From assembly GCF_000315625.1 (NCBI RefSeq), contig NW_005434556.1:174309-226402 (forward strand): a DNA stretch of 52,094 nt, in the 5' to 3' direction. The notes under the pieces are model-generated. The model saw only the letters and a program-made list of their open reading frames with translations. It searched no databases and was not told the origin of the DNA. Each line of letters starts with the position of its first letter. The stretch's first letter is position 1. Positions 1-11,951 of this stretch are shown here, piece by piece. Both the position numbers and the translations under genes were made by a program. The DNA comes from Guillardia theta CCMP2712 (lineage: Eukaryota > Protista > Cryptophyta).

Positions 1-1565
1 AGCACGGGAGCGTCTAGTTAGTGTATAGCGGGTCGACCGTGGGGGGGCATGTCCCTCTCATTGGCCTCGACGACCAACTCTGACACACTTGGGAGATCCT
101 TTGGGCATCCCCAGCTGTAAGGTCCTCGGAGGGAGGTGAGGGAGGGAGGGGAGGGAGAGGAAATGAGAGAACAGTAAGATAGAGAGGAAAAGATAGAAAT
201 GGAGGAGGAGAGGAGGAGGAGGAGGAGGAGAAAGAGGGAAGGAGGGAGAGGAAGAGGAGGAGGGAGAGGGGGAGAGTTAGAGGAATAGAAGGGGGAGCAC
301 GAGCAGAGGCAGGAGGAGGACGAGTTGATGGTGGTGATGGAGTAGCAGGAGGAGGACGAGAAGGAGGAGGAGAAGGAGAGAGAGGAGGGAGGAGAAAGAG
401 AGGGAGGAGGAGTAGGTGGTGGTGGTGGTGGTGGTGGAGGAGGAGGAGGAGTAACAGGAGGAAGTGGTGGTGCTGAAGTAGAANNNNNNNNNNNNNNNNN
501 NNNNNNNNNNNNNNNNNNNNNNNNNNNNNNNNNNNNNNNNNNNNNNNNNNNNNNNNNNNNNNNNNNNNNNNNNNNNNNNNNNNTCTTCTTCGAGATGCCT
601 TCCTCCCCCCAGATCGACGACCGGAAGGAGCTGAGGAGCTCCCTTCTCTCAAGATCGGTTAACCTGCCACTATCGAACCCGTCAGCGATGTGTCACGACA
701 AATTCCTTTACATGTCGCCCCTTTCATCCTACAGGCCATGCCGTCTCCCGTCTCTACCTTGTGCCCTCCTGGCCTATGTCGCTGGTTTTGTTGCGCTACC
801 GCTCCATACCGCATACGCTAGCTCTTCATCTTCCATCTCCTGATGACCGCCCATCACCTTCTTCTTTTCTATCCTCCCCATCCTCCTGTAGCAGCAGCAG
901 TACCAGTACCACCTCCAACACATCATTACCATCATCATCATCATCTCCATAACTACCACCATCTCCATCATCATCATCATCATCGTCATCATCATCATCA
1001 TCATCATCATCATCTCCTCCTCCTCCTCCTCCTCCCCTCTCCTCCTCCCCCCTCACGTCCTCTTCCCCCCCTCGTTCCTTCATTCTCCTCCCCCCCCCCC
1101 TCTCTCCTCCTCCCCTTCTAACGTAGCCATCGACAAGTTTGTCTCACTTTGATTCGAGGCTGAGCATTTGTAGAATCAACGNNNNNNNNNNNNNNNNNNN
1201 NNNNNNNNNNNNNNNNNNNNNNNNNNNNNNNNNNNNNNNNNNNNNNNNNNNNNNNNNNNNNNNNNNNNNNNNNNNNNNNNNNNNNNNNNNNNNNNNNNNN
1301 NNNNNNNNNNNNNNNNNNNNNNNNNNNNNNNNNNNNNNNNNNNNNNNNNNNNNNNNNNNNNNNNNNNNNNNNNNNNNNNNNNNNNNNNNNNNNNNNNNNN
1401 NNNNNNNNNNNNNNNNNNNNNNNNNNNNNNNNNNNNNNNNNNNNNNNNNNNNNNNNNNNNNNNNNNNNNNNNNNNNNNNNNNNNNNNNNNNNNNNNNNNN
1501 NNNNNNNNNNNNNNNNNNNNNNNNNNNNNNNNNNNNNNNNNNNNNNNNNNNNNNNNNNNNNNNAT

Positions 1566-1787
<222 letters not shown>

Positions 1788-2673
1788 AACTCTTCCCCCG
1801 CTTCTCATTCTCATGATGTTTGACCTGTTCGCCGCGAGCATTCCGAGGATACCACCTACCCCCTCTCAAACCCTCTTTTCAGAGCTGTAAGGGCGGTGGT
1901 GGGGGTCATGCGGACATTTGTTGGTTGATGGTCGCCAAATCGGGGGGGAGCAAACTCTGCAACAAACTTTGAAAGTTTAGACTTTGAGACTTTATGATCC
2001 AAACTTTGGTAGTGAAACTTTTTAGTGACAGTACGGTACTACGGAGTACTCCTTCGTTTCCTAGTATCTTATTGAGGCGGGTTTGTAGGGTGTATCCTCG
2101 TCCTCCTTTGTTTGCTCCGGTTTGCCTTTCTTTTGAAGTTAATGAAGAGTTTATAACTGTGACAGTTTTCCGGGGTTAACCGTGACCGTCCGATCCGGCC
2201 CCGGCCGCGGCGAAGTTCGGCGGCCCCGGCGGCCCGGCACCGGGGAGTCACACTGAGTTGGGCACAGTGACCAACATGCTGAATGTGGTCAGTTCGTCCA
2301 TGCTATGACGACTCGTTATCCGGCGAGTGTCCATCATGGCACTGGTGACCAGCGCTCAGTACCGATCGGACTCCGAGGGCCGTGACGGTGAGGCACTGGC
2401 ATGGTCAGCGGAGCTACGGTTCCGATTCGACCGTATTTCGATTCACGCAGGAGGTTGTGTTTGCTTTCAACCTGCTGTTGCAGCCAGTGAATGCGGAGCA
2501 GCTCACGGGGTTACGGAACTTGACAGGAACTGGCAGGGGACTGGCAGGTGCCGTCCCCCATTTATTGCTTCCAAACAGATATGGAAGTTCCACACGTTTC
2601 ATCAGCACTTGACCACAAGAGACAATGTTGACAGTAGGATCGTGTCCACGTTCAGAGACAGCAGGAACAGCGT

Positions 2674-3447
2674 CTAGGCATCCGGCTTGTTCCTGACGGT
2701 GACGTCCGACATCACGCATGACTGGCACCTGCTCCCGCGGTCAGCCTGCAAAAGCAGGAGATGGCAGGGACATACGCAAGGCGGAAGGATGGGGGGCATC
2801 CCTTGAGCAGCTTCTCCTCAGCAGCTGTGCGAGGAGAGAGATTTCCTGATACGAGATCGACCTGTTGAACATGGAATTTAAGCCTAATCTTCGAACCTCT
2901 TGCTGTTTCATCAACCTTGCACGTCCCACAGTTGCCACCTCCACCACAGTTGAAAAGTTTACCTGCCCAGAAAACAACATAAGGACATGAATATCATCTG
3001 TGTCAGTTGATGATAGACCTTTCATGGTATAGTACAAGTCCACCTTCCCTGCGAGCATGGCATCTCGGAGTATCGTTTCCCTATGAAATGAATGAGGAAC
3101 TTGCACAGAGAAGATTGAAAGCTCGGTGCAACTTGTCACGGCACAGAAACAAGAGAGAACACAACACCTTATGGTGGTGGGAAAAAGAGAGAAAACAAGA
3201 GGTCAACATGAATCTCTCACCTGTCACACTGCAGCTGCGCAACTTGCCCTCCGGATTTGTCAACGACCTTGACAGTAGCCATGTTCAACGATGTAGCACC
3301 GGAGCGAAGAGAGGGTGTAGAGACACAGGACGGGCTCCTGGATGAGCTTGGAGTGAAGCGAGCTGAAGGAGAGAAAGCGAAGGAGACGTCGGCTGTCGCC
3401 ATCGCCATCGCCATCGCCATCGCCGTTACCGCAATCTTGCGTGCCAT
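2674..3447 (-). CDS. Plastid-targeted 2Fe-2S ferredoxin-like protein (cyanobacterial/PnsB3-NDF4-like type), 5 exons
   Basis: Manually spliced exons 3447-3221, 3080-3019, 2962-2916, 2861-2776 and 2728-2674, all with GT-AG introns. Product: MARKIAVTAMAMAMAMATADVSFA|FSPS...ETILRDAMLAGKVDLYYTMKGKLFNCGGGGNCGTCKVDLVSGNLSPRTAAEEKLLKGCPPSFRLACQSCVMSDVTVRNKPDA*. It has the C-x4-C-x2-C...RLACQ cluster motif and a bipartite signal peptide + Phe-starting transit peptide typical of red-lineage secondary plastids. Confidence 0.93.
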
Positions 3448-3901
3448 GCTGCTAGATCTACCTTTGCAGCACTACCCCTACCTTATGTTACCCTACCCAG
3501 CACGATAGATCAAATACCAGCAGATACCACATTTCTGTTGAAATCACCTGACCAATCACATACAAAAATGACCCGTCTTTGCACGTTTTTTGATCACCCC
3601 CACCCCCAGTCTTAAATGAGTACCCCCCAAAATTATTCACCCTACCCCCAAGATCCTGTGATCTCCGCACAGCCCCTTATGTGTCACCTTATAACTTCAC
3701 GGGGGTGGAACTCCTCTTTTACCGGTATTAGGACGGGTACTTTTTCAATCCTTTTTACAGGGGTGGGGTAGTAGAATTTGTTGGGAATCGCAATGGCGAT
3801 CCCGCGACAAACTGTTTCGAGGATGAATATCTCAAGAATGAAAATCTGTACAATGCAAAACAAACATTTTATATTTAGAGATACATACAAATTGTCATTC
3901 T

Positions 3902-6226
3902 CTATACTTGTTCGCTTTGTACACGTCTTAACTTTTGACATTTTGTCCTTTCTATCTCTTCTTCCGTAGACTTACAACCAGACAAAGTTCGTAATCCCTG
4001 AAATCCAGGCATTTGTCCTGTGAATCCTCCTCGTGTATCCAAAGATTGAGTATGTATACGTTTCCGAGATCGAGGTTGGGACCTGCACTCATTCTCTTTG
4101 TCCCGTGTTCCTTCCTCTGCGTTGAAAAGCTTCTTCTCCCCGCGTGGTCTGCTAAGAATGATTCGCTTTTTTGAGTGGTCATACACAAAAGGCAGATTGG
4201 GATCGAATTTTTTTGAGAGCTCAGTGCATGCTTTGTTGAATTTCCTCAAGAAATCTTTCTTGTTCAAATGACCTATCAAAGACCAGAGGTTTTCAACGCT
4301 GTCTGTGCAGAGCGTCCGTGCATTGAAGTCATACTCCTTTTCACCCAACACACCTTTGTTGTTGCTCAAATAACTCTGTATCTGTAGATGTGTGTCCATG
4401 GCTACAATCAGTCCTTCGAAGGTTACAGATGACAACCCCCTCATGTGCTTCTTGCCTACCCTCATCCAATCCACATCTCTTAGAAGCCAGGTTCGAGCTC
4501 TAAGAATGAGATTTCTTCTTTCAGACTTGGTGAGGCCTCTCTCGTCGAAAGCTCTGTGAAGGCCGTTCATTGCTTCTGCCATTCTTGCTGTTTCAATGTG
4601 TCCCTCTGCATTCAGAAGCGATATGGCCTTGCTGCTGAACATTTTTAACATGATATCCACTGATTGAGGGTCCGTGCACCCATCGACTTCCAGCTGCGTT
4701 AGCCATGACGAATTCTTCTTGGAAATATCAGTGTACGCAGCATGCCATGTTTTAGCCTCTTGCTGTGCAGTCGGGTTTCTCCCCGAGCCAACCGTGTGCC
4801 TGACATTCTTCAGTAAATGATTGATACATGGCGCAAAGAAAAGTAGCTTCTTCGTTGTTGGAGAGATAACAGGGTTTGACAGGTACTCGTTGAATTGAAA
4901 CCTAATCTTGTTTGGATCAAATTCTTCCAATCCATCTGTGATCAATCGTTCGAGCTCCCAGGGCGTGAATTTGGCTGTTTCATTCTCTGCAACCCCTTGT
5001 TGTATAATGCTATCGTATCCATACCGTCGGCAGAAGATGTGGATTCTGCTGTACATCTCGTTCAAACAGGCCTTAGTTCTGGTGGAAGGAGAACACTGCA
5101 ATTTCTTTTCTCTCTGGACCTGCCATATCAATTGGTTCCTCCTCAAACTCAACGCGAATTTCTCTATTTGGGCAAACTCTGCAGTGTTCATGTGCATTAT
5201 TCCAGATCGAGTTCGAATTGTCACTTGGGACAAGTCAGGTCCATCATATTGGTTCATATTTAGCAAATTGCATTCTCTCTCTACTTCCTGTGCAGTAATG
5301 GCTGGTTCAAAGTCGAATACGCATGAAATGTATGATGCGATCTCTGAGCATATCTGTGATACATGAAGCTGCTGGGCCTCTTGTTTGATAGCCTTCACCT
5401 CTATTATGAATGTGCTTGGATTGTTCACGTAGTAATTCCTGTATATGCAAGAAAACTCGCTGTCAAAAGACCAGACATTGAAAATAATTCCACGCTCGTG
5501 AGCCTCCTTTGTGACGGCTTCCAATATTCGAAGACCTTCAGAGGCACTTAAACTTTTGGTTGAAAAACCAATGTACATGGGGACAGGGGGTGTGCTCGCA
5601 CATCCATCTTGTGCAACCACACTGATGGCATCTTCAGCCAGTTCAGCAACTGTATGCTTGTAAAATTTCTCATTGTACTTGTACAACTCGTTTTGAAGTT
5701 CTGATTCGTTGACAGGCAGATCGCCATTCGCCATTCCCTCCAGTTTTCCTATCAATCGAGGAATTTCTACATCCATCTGTTCACAGCCTTCAATTACTGT
5801 CTTCAAATAACGTTGATGTGGTGTGAACCTGACATCCTCTGGAGATTCGCCTACGGTTCTATGCTTGGCAACAAATGCACTTCGAACCTTCTTGTATGCT
5901 TGCTCCATATGACTCTTCCTCTGATGCACACTCTGTTGATCGGATCTCAACATGCCAACCAGCTGTTCGCTGATATAGTTTTCTGTCTTTCCTGTCAAAC
6001 AAAACTTTTCCTTGCGATCTTGAAGCAGGTCAATTCGCTGAGCCAAGTCAGGTTCATGACTTGTTATACCCCCCAGATCTGCTTCACATTCCTCAAACAC
6101 AGAACAAAATCCTGCATTTATCATTGTTTTGTCGATCGCACAACAATTCACTCCAGTCTGACAATGCTCAGGATAACATTTAAAGTTTCTAAGATAGCTC
6201 GTGGCCCGGCGCCGTCCGGGCCGCAA
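3902..6226 (-). mobile_element. P-element-superfamily-like DDE transposase core ORF (774 aa, intronless, N-terminus missing)
   Basis: Motifs occur in P/THAP9 order: CCAIDKT (first Asp), VWSFDSEF (second Asp), FFAPCINHLLKNVR (C/DxxH), DPQSVDIMLKMFS and LCTDSVENLWSLI (catalytic Glu, cf. QDxLENxFS). The region is more AT-rich than host genes and has no introns. The first in-frame ATG (~6124) lies after the first Asp, so the real 5' end is lost or spliced. No TIR or TSD was identified. Confidence 0.8.
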
Positions 6227-6253
6227 AACTTACCAGACCCCAAATAACTTAGT

Positions 6254-8085
6254 AAGTAGGGATCGGAGCAACAAGAAGCACAGACAATGAGGCAGAGAGA
6301 CAGAGAGACAGAGAGACAAGAGAAAAGAAAAGAGAGCCTGTCGCACACACCGCGCAAAGGCCAGCAGCAGCAAGAGGAGCCTCTGGTGAAGCAGAGAGTG
6401 ATGTTGCACGCGCATGTTTGGAGAAACAAGATAGATCAATCAGGACTTGCTTTTACTAGACTGTATCAAGCAGGGCAGGCTACTGCTGCTCGTCAGATCA
6501 TGGAGGTCTCTTTCTGTCGCGTGGACTCTAGGTGTGCGGTGTGAGCCAAGGTCCGGTGTACCACAACACGGATGGTTCACCATCGAAGCTCGTCCGATGA
6601 TCCTCTTGAAGCCTGGTCTGGTTGAACACGTACCACTGCAGAAACAGCGATACACTCCTTGCATGTAGATCGTCTGCGGCCGTGGAGGCAGACGCTGCCT
6701 CCCCCGCACTCCTTGCATCGAGATCGCTGACGGCCGTGGGGGCAGATGCTGGATCCCCCGCACTCCTTGCATTGAGATCGCTGACGGCCGTGGAGGCAGA
6801 CGCTGGATCCCCCGCACTCCCTGCATGTAGATCGCTGACGGCCGTGGGGGCAGACGCTGGCTCCCCCGCACTCCTTGCATCGAGATCGTCTGCGGGCGTG
6901 AGGGCAGAAGGTGGGTCCCCCGCACTCCTTGCATCCAGATCGTATACGGCCGTGGGGGCAGACGCTGGATCCCCCGCACTCCTTGCATTGAGATCGCCTC
7001 CGGCCGTGGGGGCAGATGCTGGATCCCCCGCACTCCCTGCATTGAGATCGTATACGGCCGTGGGGGCAGAAGCTGCCTCCCCCGCACTCCTTGCATCGAG
7101 ATCGTATGCGGCCGTGGGGGCAGATACTGGCCCCCCCGCACTCCTTGCATGTAGATCGCCTGCGGCCGTGGGGGCAGAAGCTGGCTCCCCCGCACTCCTT
7201 GCATGTACCTCGTATACGGCCGTGGGGGCAGACGCTTATCCTGCCTTCCTCTCCCTCCTCAGTGTCGGCAGGCAGCCATGCCTTGACGGCTCCTCCTCCT
7301 CCTGCGGAGGCCTCGACCCTCGGTCTCTTGCTGCGAGCGCGGCAGGGGCTGGAGGAGCTTCTCGCCATGTCTCCCGTCCAGGGCAGCGCGAACATGCCGT
7401 CGTCGGGTGGAGGACGGAAGGCGGGAGGGGTAGGGGTAGCAAGGCAGGGGGTAGGAGGGGAGGGAAGAAAAAGGCGGGAAGAAGCCTACCTGACTACCCC
7501 ACCCTCCCGTGCTCCTGCAGGGCCTCGCGACCCGTGACCCGTACACGGGGTGGGGTCCTACAGACCGCCGACTGACATTCAGCCGCAGAGATCACTCAGT
7601 CACTGTCGGTGGATGGTATGGAGGGGGTAGGGTACTAGATGGGTGATGAAGTTACGACCGTAGAGAAATGGCGGGAAGATGAAAGTTTGTGGGTCAGTCA
7701 GTCGGGCCCCGGCTCTTATCACCCCGGTCCGCTCATTCACTGAGACTGACTTTGACTAAGGGTCCTTTCACTCAAAGTTAGTCTCCTCATCCTGCCTACT
7801 GCTGATACCTTCACTTCACTGCGCGCAGCACCAGACCCCCGCGCCATCCCAGCGATGTCGCTGTGACCGCCGCCGAAGGACGATAGGGTACGATTGGCTG
7901 ACCCTCGAGGAGGAGCAGGCTACAGATCTAAGCGATCGCACGAGAGATGCTCGCTCGTGCGTGAGGAGCCTCACCACCCCTGGTGCTTTCCCTTGACCAT
8001 AACAGGATCGTCAACAACTGGTCGCTCGTGTTATCAAATATACTTCATATCTCTACTCTTCACCTTCGTGTGTTATCCAGCGGAG
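6254..8085 (-). repeat. Inverted partial copy (copy A) of the zinc-finger tandem unit
   Basis: The reverse complement matches the unit from ctccgctggataacacacgaagg (cf. ~20237) through the ZF gene to tccgatccctactt (cf. ~14144), with several internal deletions. Confidence 0.93.
6577..7395 (-). CDS. CxH-x6-CxxC repeat (putative zinc-finger array) protein, copy A, 11 repeats
   Basis: 272-aa ORF with 11 x S[IVF]C[PL]HGRxRxxCKECGG. It has the same leader as the other copies except for an in-frame 24-aa deletion that removes KKKRK. Confidence 0.8.
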   Translation of the reverse strand: MFALPWTGDMARSSSSPCRARSKRPRVEASAGGGGAVKAWLPADTEEGEEGRISVCPHGRIRGTCKECGGASFCPHGRRRSTCKECGGASICPHGRIRSRCKECGGGSFCPHGRIRSQCRECGGSSICPHGRRRSQCKECGGSSVCPHGRIRSGCKECGGPTFCPHARRRSRCKECGGASVCPHGRQRSTCRECGGSSVCLHGRQRSQCKECGGSSICPHGRQRSRCKECGGGSVCLHGRRRSTCKECIAVSAVVRVQPDQASRGSSDELRW

Positions 8086-8381
8086 ATTCAGCTACCCTAC
8101 GTATCTCCGTCATCTTGACCACCCGAAGCATTGTCAGCTTCACTGCGACTGTCACCCTTTTGGGTCTCTTCTTGCTGTGCCACATTCACTGAAAGGATTG
8201 TGGCCTTGTTTGTCCTCCCACGTGGTAAGAAGAGGCTGCTCATCCTTCAAATCTACCGCTCAAAATCAGTGAATGAGCAGCACGTCTGCCACACGGGCCA
8301 GCCTAGACTAGAACTTGGCAAGGCGTTGAAAATCCTCCTCCTACTACTACATCTTGAAACACCACTTCCGAAACTCCAACC

Positions 8382-8614
8382 TCAAATCCCCTCGAGCTCC
8401 CCCCACCCCTCCTCCTGCCCTGCCTCCTCGAGCTCCAGCAGGCTCCCAAAAAGCTTCGCAAACGCCTCCCTCCTCTCCGTCTTCTCAAACAACTCTGCCG
8501 TGTAGGCCATCGCCTTACCCTCCTCATGTCCCGGGATTGACTCCAGTGCTGCGGGCAAAGCGGCATCAGCCGGCTGATCTTGCTGGGAGGCGGAGTCGTT
8601 CCTCCATCGGCAGT

Positions 8615-8679
<65 letters not shown>

Positions 8680-8920
8680 GCCAGGCTCTGATAGCTTCTT
8701 GCCCTCCTGCTGATGGTCTTGCACATACGGCCATCGACACAGATCAAGCTTGCGGCATGCGGACTTGAGGGAGGTGAGGGAGATGCCGAGGTAGTCAGCG
8801 GCGAGGGGCTACTTGAGGTGGAAGAGGCGGGAGAGGATGGGTAGGGAGAGCCCGACAATATCTCTACTGAGGAAGTACTGGACGTTCATCGTGCGCATGC
8901 TGGCAGCGGTCTTGACTTCC
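8382..8920 (-). pseudogene. RWP-RK domain transcription factor pseudogene
   Basis: The minus strand reads ...LSLPILSRLFHLK*PLAADYLGISLTSLKSACRKLDLCRWPYVQ... with an in-frame TAG at 8809-8811 inside the RWP-RK domain. The C-terminal part appears to shift frame near the (GAGCAG)n run. The 5' exon(s) are uncertain, possibly from an ATG near 9117. Confidence 0.75.
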
Positions 8921-9865
8921 TAGAAAAGAAACTTCTGGACTAACGGCAGGGAGGTGATGGAGTGGGTATAGGGGAGCAGTGTTCTGTGGGTGACCTGAGT
9001 ACCGCTGCAAAGAGAGGGATGACGAGGGGTGGTGGGGCACTGTTTTGTGTTTCGATTGTGAAAGGAATCCTGTCACCAGGAAGTGACCGGCCAAAGCGCC
9101 GTGAAAGGTGGGGCCATGGTTGTGGTAAGTATTGTAAGGCAACGACTGAAGGTTAGGTAGCTTCCTAGGTTTGCTCCTCACTGTCTTCCTTGATTGCTTC
9201 AGAGTGATGAAGGCACTGCTCTCTGACGGTGACTGAGTCAGTCACGGGAGCCGCTGATTGCAGCATTGGGCAAATTTGTAGCTACAGAGTCTGATGGCAT
9301 GACGAAAGCACAACAAGGTTGCAGGCGATGAGTTGAAGTTTTTGGAGCTGATATAGTACCGAGCCTCTGAGTGCACACATCATGGCATGCTCACTAGTAC
9401 TCTTGATCCGCAAGGTATGCACCACTGTTGCTCCGATGCCGTACAGAACTTATCAAATCCGAGATCCTCACAGTGATCAGGGAGCTAGAGATACTTGTGC
9501 GAAAACACGAGGAATAGAACTGGACTCCGGAACTGAACTTGAAAGGAGGAGCAGGAGAAAATAGGCTTACACACCAGTTAAGAACGTAAACTATCACGGT
9601 TTAATCCACACTTAAAGAGAAGATAAACGAAGCTCCGACAAGAGCCCCCAAGGCCTGAACGTCTCTCTGAGATCAACGAAAAGAAAAGAGAAATTCACGT
9701 GAGCCTCGGAGATGCTTTTGTGTACGCGCACACTGGCACAGACAAAGCACCTGATCTCGTCGTATATGAAACAGAAGGCCTCTCTCCCCGCACTTCCATC
9801 GTCCTGCCTCACAGAAAAAACAGGATCCTCCAGTCAGTCAACCAATGCGAGGCAAAAAGTCAGGA

Positions 9866-11308
9866 TCAAACCACAGCATCCGAAGCAAGAAGCACTGGAC
9901 AGCATTGATGGCCGTACTGGCACACCCACACCTCTTCCACTCCATCTACCTTGAGCCTGCCTAGTCCACCTGCCCAGAACTTCAGTGACATCGTATGTGC
10001 ACAAGAGAAAACCTTCCCCAACGAACCTGTAATGAAGAAGTGACGTACTGGCTGCAACGGCTCCGTCTCATGCTGGATAATGTGCTCCCAAGATGCGTTC
10101 AAGGAGCAGTTGCCGTTCCAAGGAAGAACTGGCGTTATTCCTGTGCTGTTGGACAAGCTGCTGGTGTCCCATCCTCCAACACACACCGTTTCGTTCTCAC
10201 AAGGAGCCAGCCCCACATCCAGCTTTGCAAAGGCGGGCCATGAAGTATGGATGCAAGTCAGATTGTTGTCATACATCTCTAGAACTGTTAGAGCCGTCAA
10301 GTTTGCGAAAGCCATAGAGGACACGCATACGAGTCGATTGTCCTGAAGATATAGCCAACCTATCGTCGAGAGCCCGTCGAATAATCCCTCTGGAAGGCTC
10401 GTCAGCTGGTTGCCGCCAAGATCTAGACCCAGCAGCTGAGTGGTCCTGTCGAAAATCCCCTTTGGAAATCCCGTCAGCTGGTTGCCGCCAAGATCTAGCC
10501 AGCTCAACCCCGAGAGCCCGTGAAAGACACCCTTGTCAAGTCTAGCAATCTTGTTGTAGCCAAGATGTAGGCCTCGCAGCTTCGAGAGTCCGGTGAAGAC
10601 TCCCTCCTCAAGGCTCGTTAGCTCATGGCCGGTAAGGTCTAGCTCCTCCAACGCCGAGAGGTCCCTGAACACTCCCGCAGGAAGCTCCTTGAGCCGGTTG
10701 TTTGAAAAATAGATCCAGTACAACGCCGTGAGCCCTTTGAATATTCCCTCTGGTATGCTCGTCAGCTCGTTGTTATCGAGAGACAGATACTTCAGTCCTG
10801 TAAGCCCCTGAAATATTCCCGCCGGAAGAGTTGTTAGCTTATCGCTGTTAAGATTTAACTCTCTCAAGCTCAAGAGCCCGTGAAATATTCCCTCTGGAAG
10901 GCTCTTTAGATTATTGCCAGAAAAACTGAGTACCTCCAGCCCCAAGAGTCCGTCGAAGATTGCTTCTGGCATGCTTGTCAGCTGATTGCTACCCAAAGAA
11001 AGATGACGCAAGTTGAAGAGCCCGTGAAATATCCCCTCTGGAAGGATTGTTATCTGGTTGTCCCAAAGGAAGAGTGACTCTAGATTCGAGAGCCCGTCGA
11101 ATACAGCCTCAGTGATATTTCGGATGCTTTGACGGCTCAAGTCTAGACTCGTACAATCGCTCGCGCAATTTCCTTCCCTCGTCAGCAGCCCTCCTTCCGA
11201 GATATCAAATGTGCATCCTCCGCAAGGTACACTTCTTGCTCCATGTGCTAGAGGGCTGACCGCGCACAGCGCCACCATGTACATCACGGTGTTTCGATAC
11301 AACGACAT
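9866..11308 (-). CDS. Secreted/surface leucine-rich-repeat protein (~13 typical 24-aa LRRs, Cys-containing N-cap)
   Basis: Hydrophobic N-terminal signal-like segment and Cys cap (PCGGCTF...GNCASDC), then repeats of LxLxxNxLxxLPEGIFxGLxxL. The 3' end may be spliced. Confidence 0.9.
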   Translation of the reverse strand: MSLYRNTVMYMVALCAVSPLAHGARSVPCGGCTFDISEGGLLTREGNCASDCTSLDLSRQSIRNITEAVFDGLSNLESLFLWDNQITILPEGIFHGLFNLRHLSLGSNQLTSMPEAIFDGLLGLEVLSFSGNNLKSLPEGIFHGLLSLRELNLNSDKLTTLPAGIFQGLTGLKYLSLDNNELTSIPEGIFKGLTALYWIYFSNNRLKELPAGVFRDLSALEELDLTGHELTSLEEGVFTGLSKLRGLHLGYNKIARLDKGVFHGLSGLSWLDLGGNQLTGFPKGIFDRTTQLLGLDLGGNQLTSLPEGLFDGLSTIGWLYLQDNRLVCVSSMAFANLTALTVLEMYDNNLTCIHTSWPAFAKLDVGLAPCENETVCVGGWDTSSLSNSTGITPVLPWNGNCSLNASWEHIIQHETEPLQPVRHFFITGSLGKVFSCAHTMSLKFWAGGLGRLKVDGVEEVWVCQYGHQCCPVLLASDAVV

Positions 11309-11951
11309 CCTCTTCTTGCTCCTGCTGTCTGTCTGCGCTACACAGCTAACTGGACAAGTCGCTGCTCGGCAGCTGCTTGGTACAGCAGGACCCTGCCAAC
11401 AAGTGTTGGGAGGCAGCTAGGAGGAGGGGAGTGAGCTCGGGGTTATCGTGGGCGTGATGGGGGTGGGTCCCTTAACCGGGGGAAGGGTTAAATCGGGGAA
11501 AGAAGGGGGTGAAAGGACCCTTAGTCAAAGTCAGTCTCAGTGAATGAGCGGACCGGAGGGTGATAAGAGCCGGGGCCCGACTGACTGACCCACAAACTTT
11601 CATCTTCCCGCCATTTCTCTACGGTCGTAACTTCATCACACCACACCACACACCCACCCACCCTCTTCCTAGCGCTTTACCATCTAGTACCCTACCCCCT
11701 CCATACCATCCGACGACTGACTGAGTGATCTCTGCGGCTGAAAGTCAGTCGGCAGTCTGTAGGACCCCACCCTGTGTGATCCCCCTACTCCACCCCCTCT
11801 CTCACCATACGGGTGTCCCCGAGGCCCTGCAGGAGCACGGGAGGGTGGGGTAGTCAGGTAGGCTTCTTCCCGCCTTTTTCTTCCCTCCCCTCCTACCCCC
11901 TGCCTTGCTACCCCTACCCCTCCCGCCTTCCGTCCTCCACCCGACGACGGC

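Noticed and set aside
2170-2430. GC-rich palindromic stretch as an ncRNA or MITE
   Set aside because: No second copy in the window, no clear TIR or TSD, and no recognisable RNA family motif.
6203-6222. GC hairpin GGCCCGG-N6-CCGGGCC, and an imperfect hairpin at ~3783-3803, as Helitron or transposon termini
   Set aside because: No correctly placed CTRR end, no matching TIR pair and no TSD could be found by eye.
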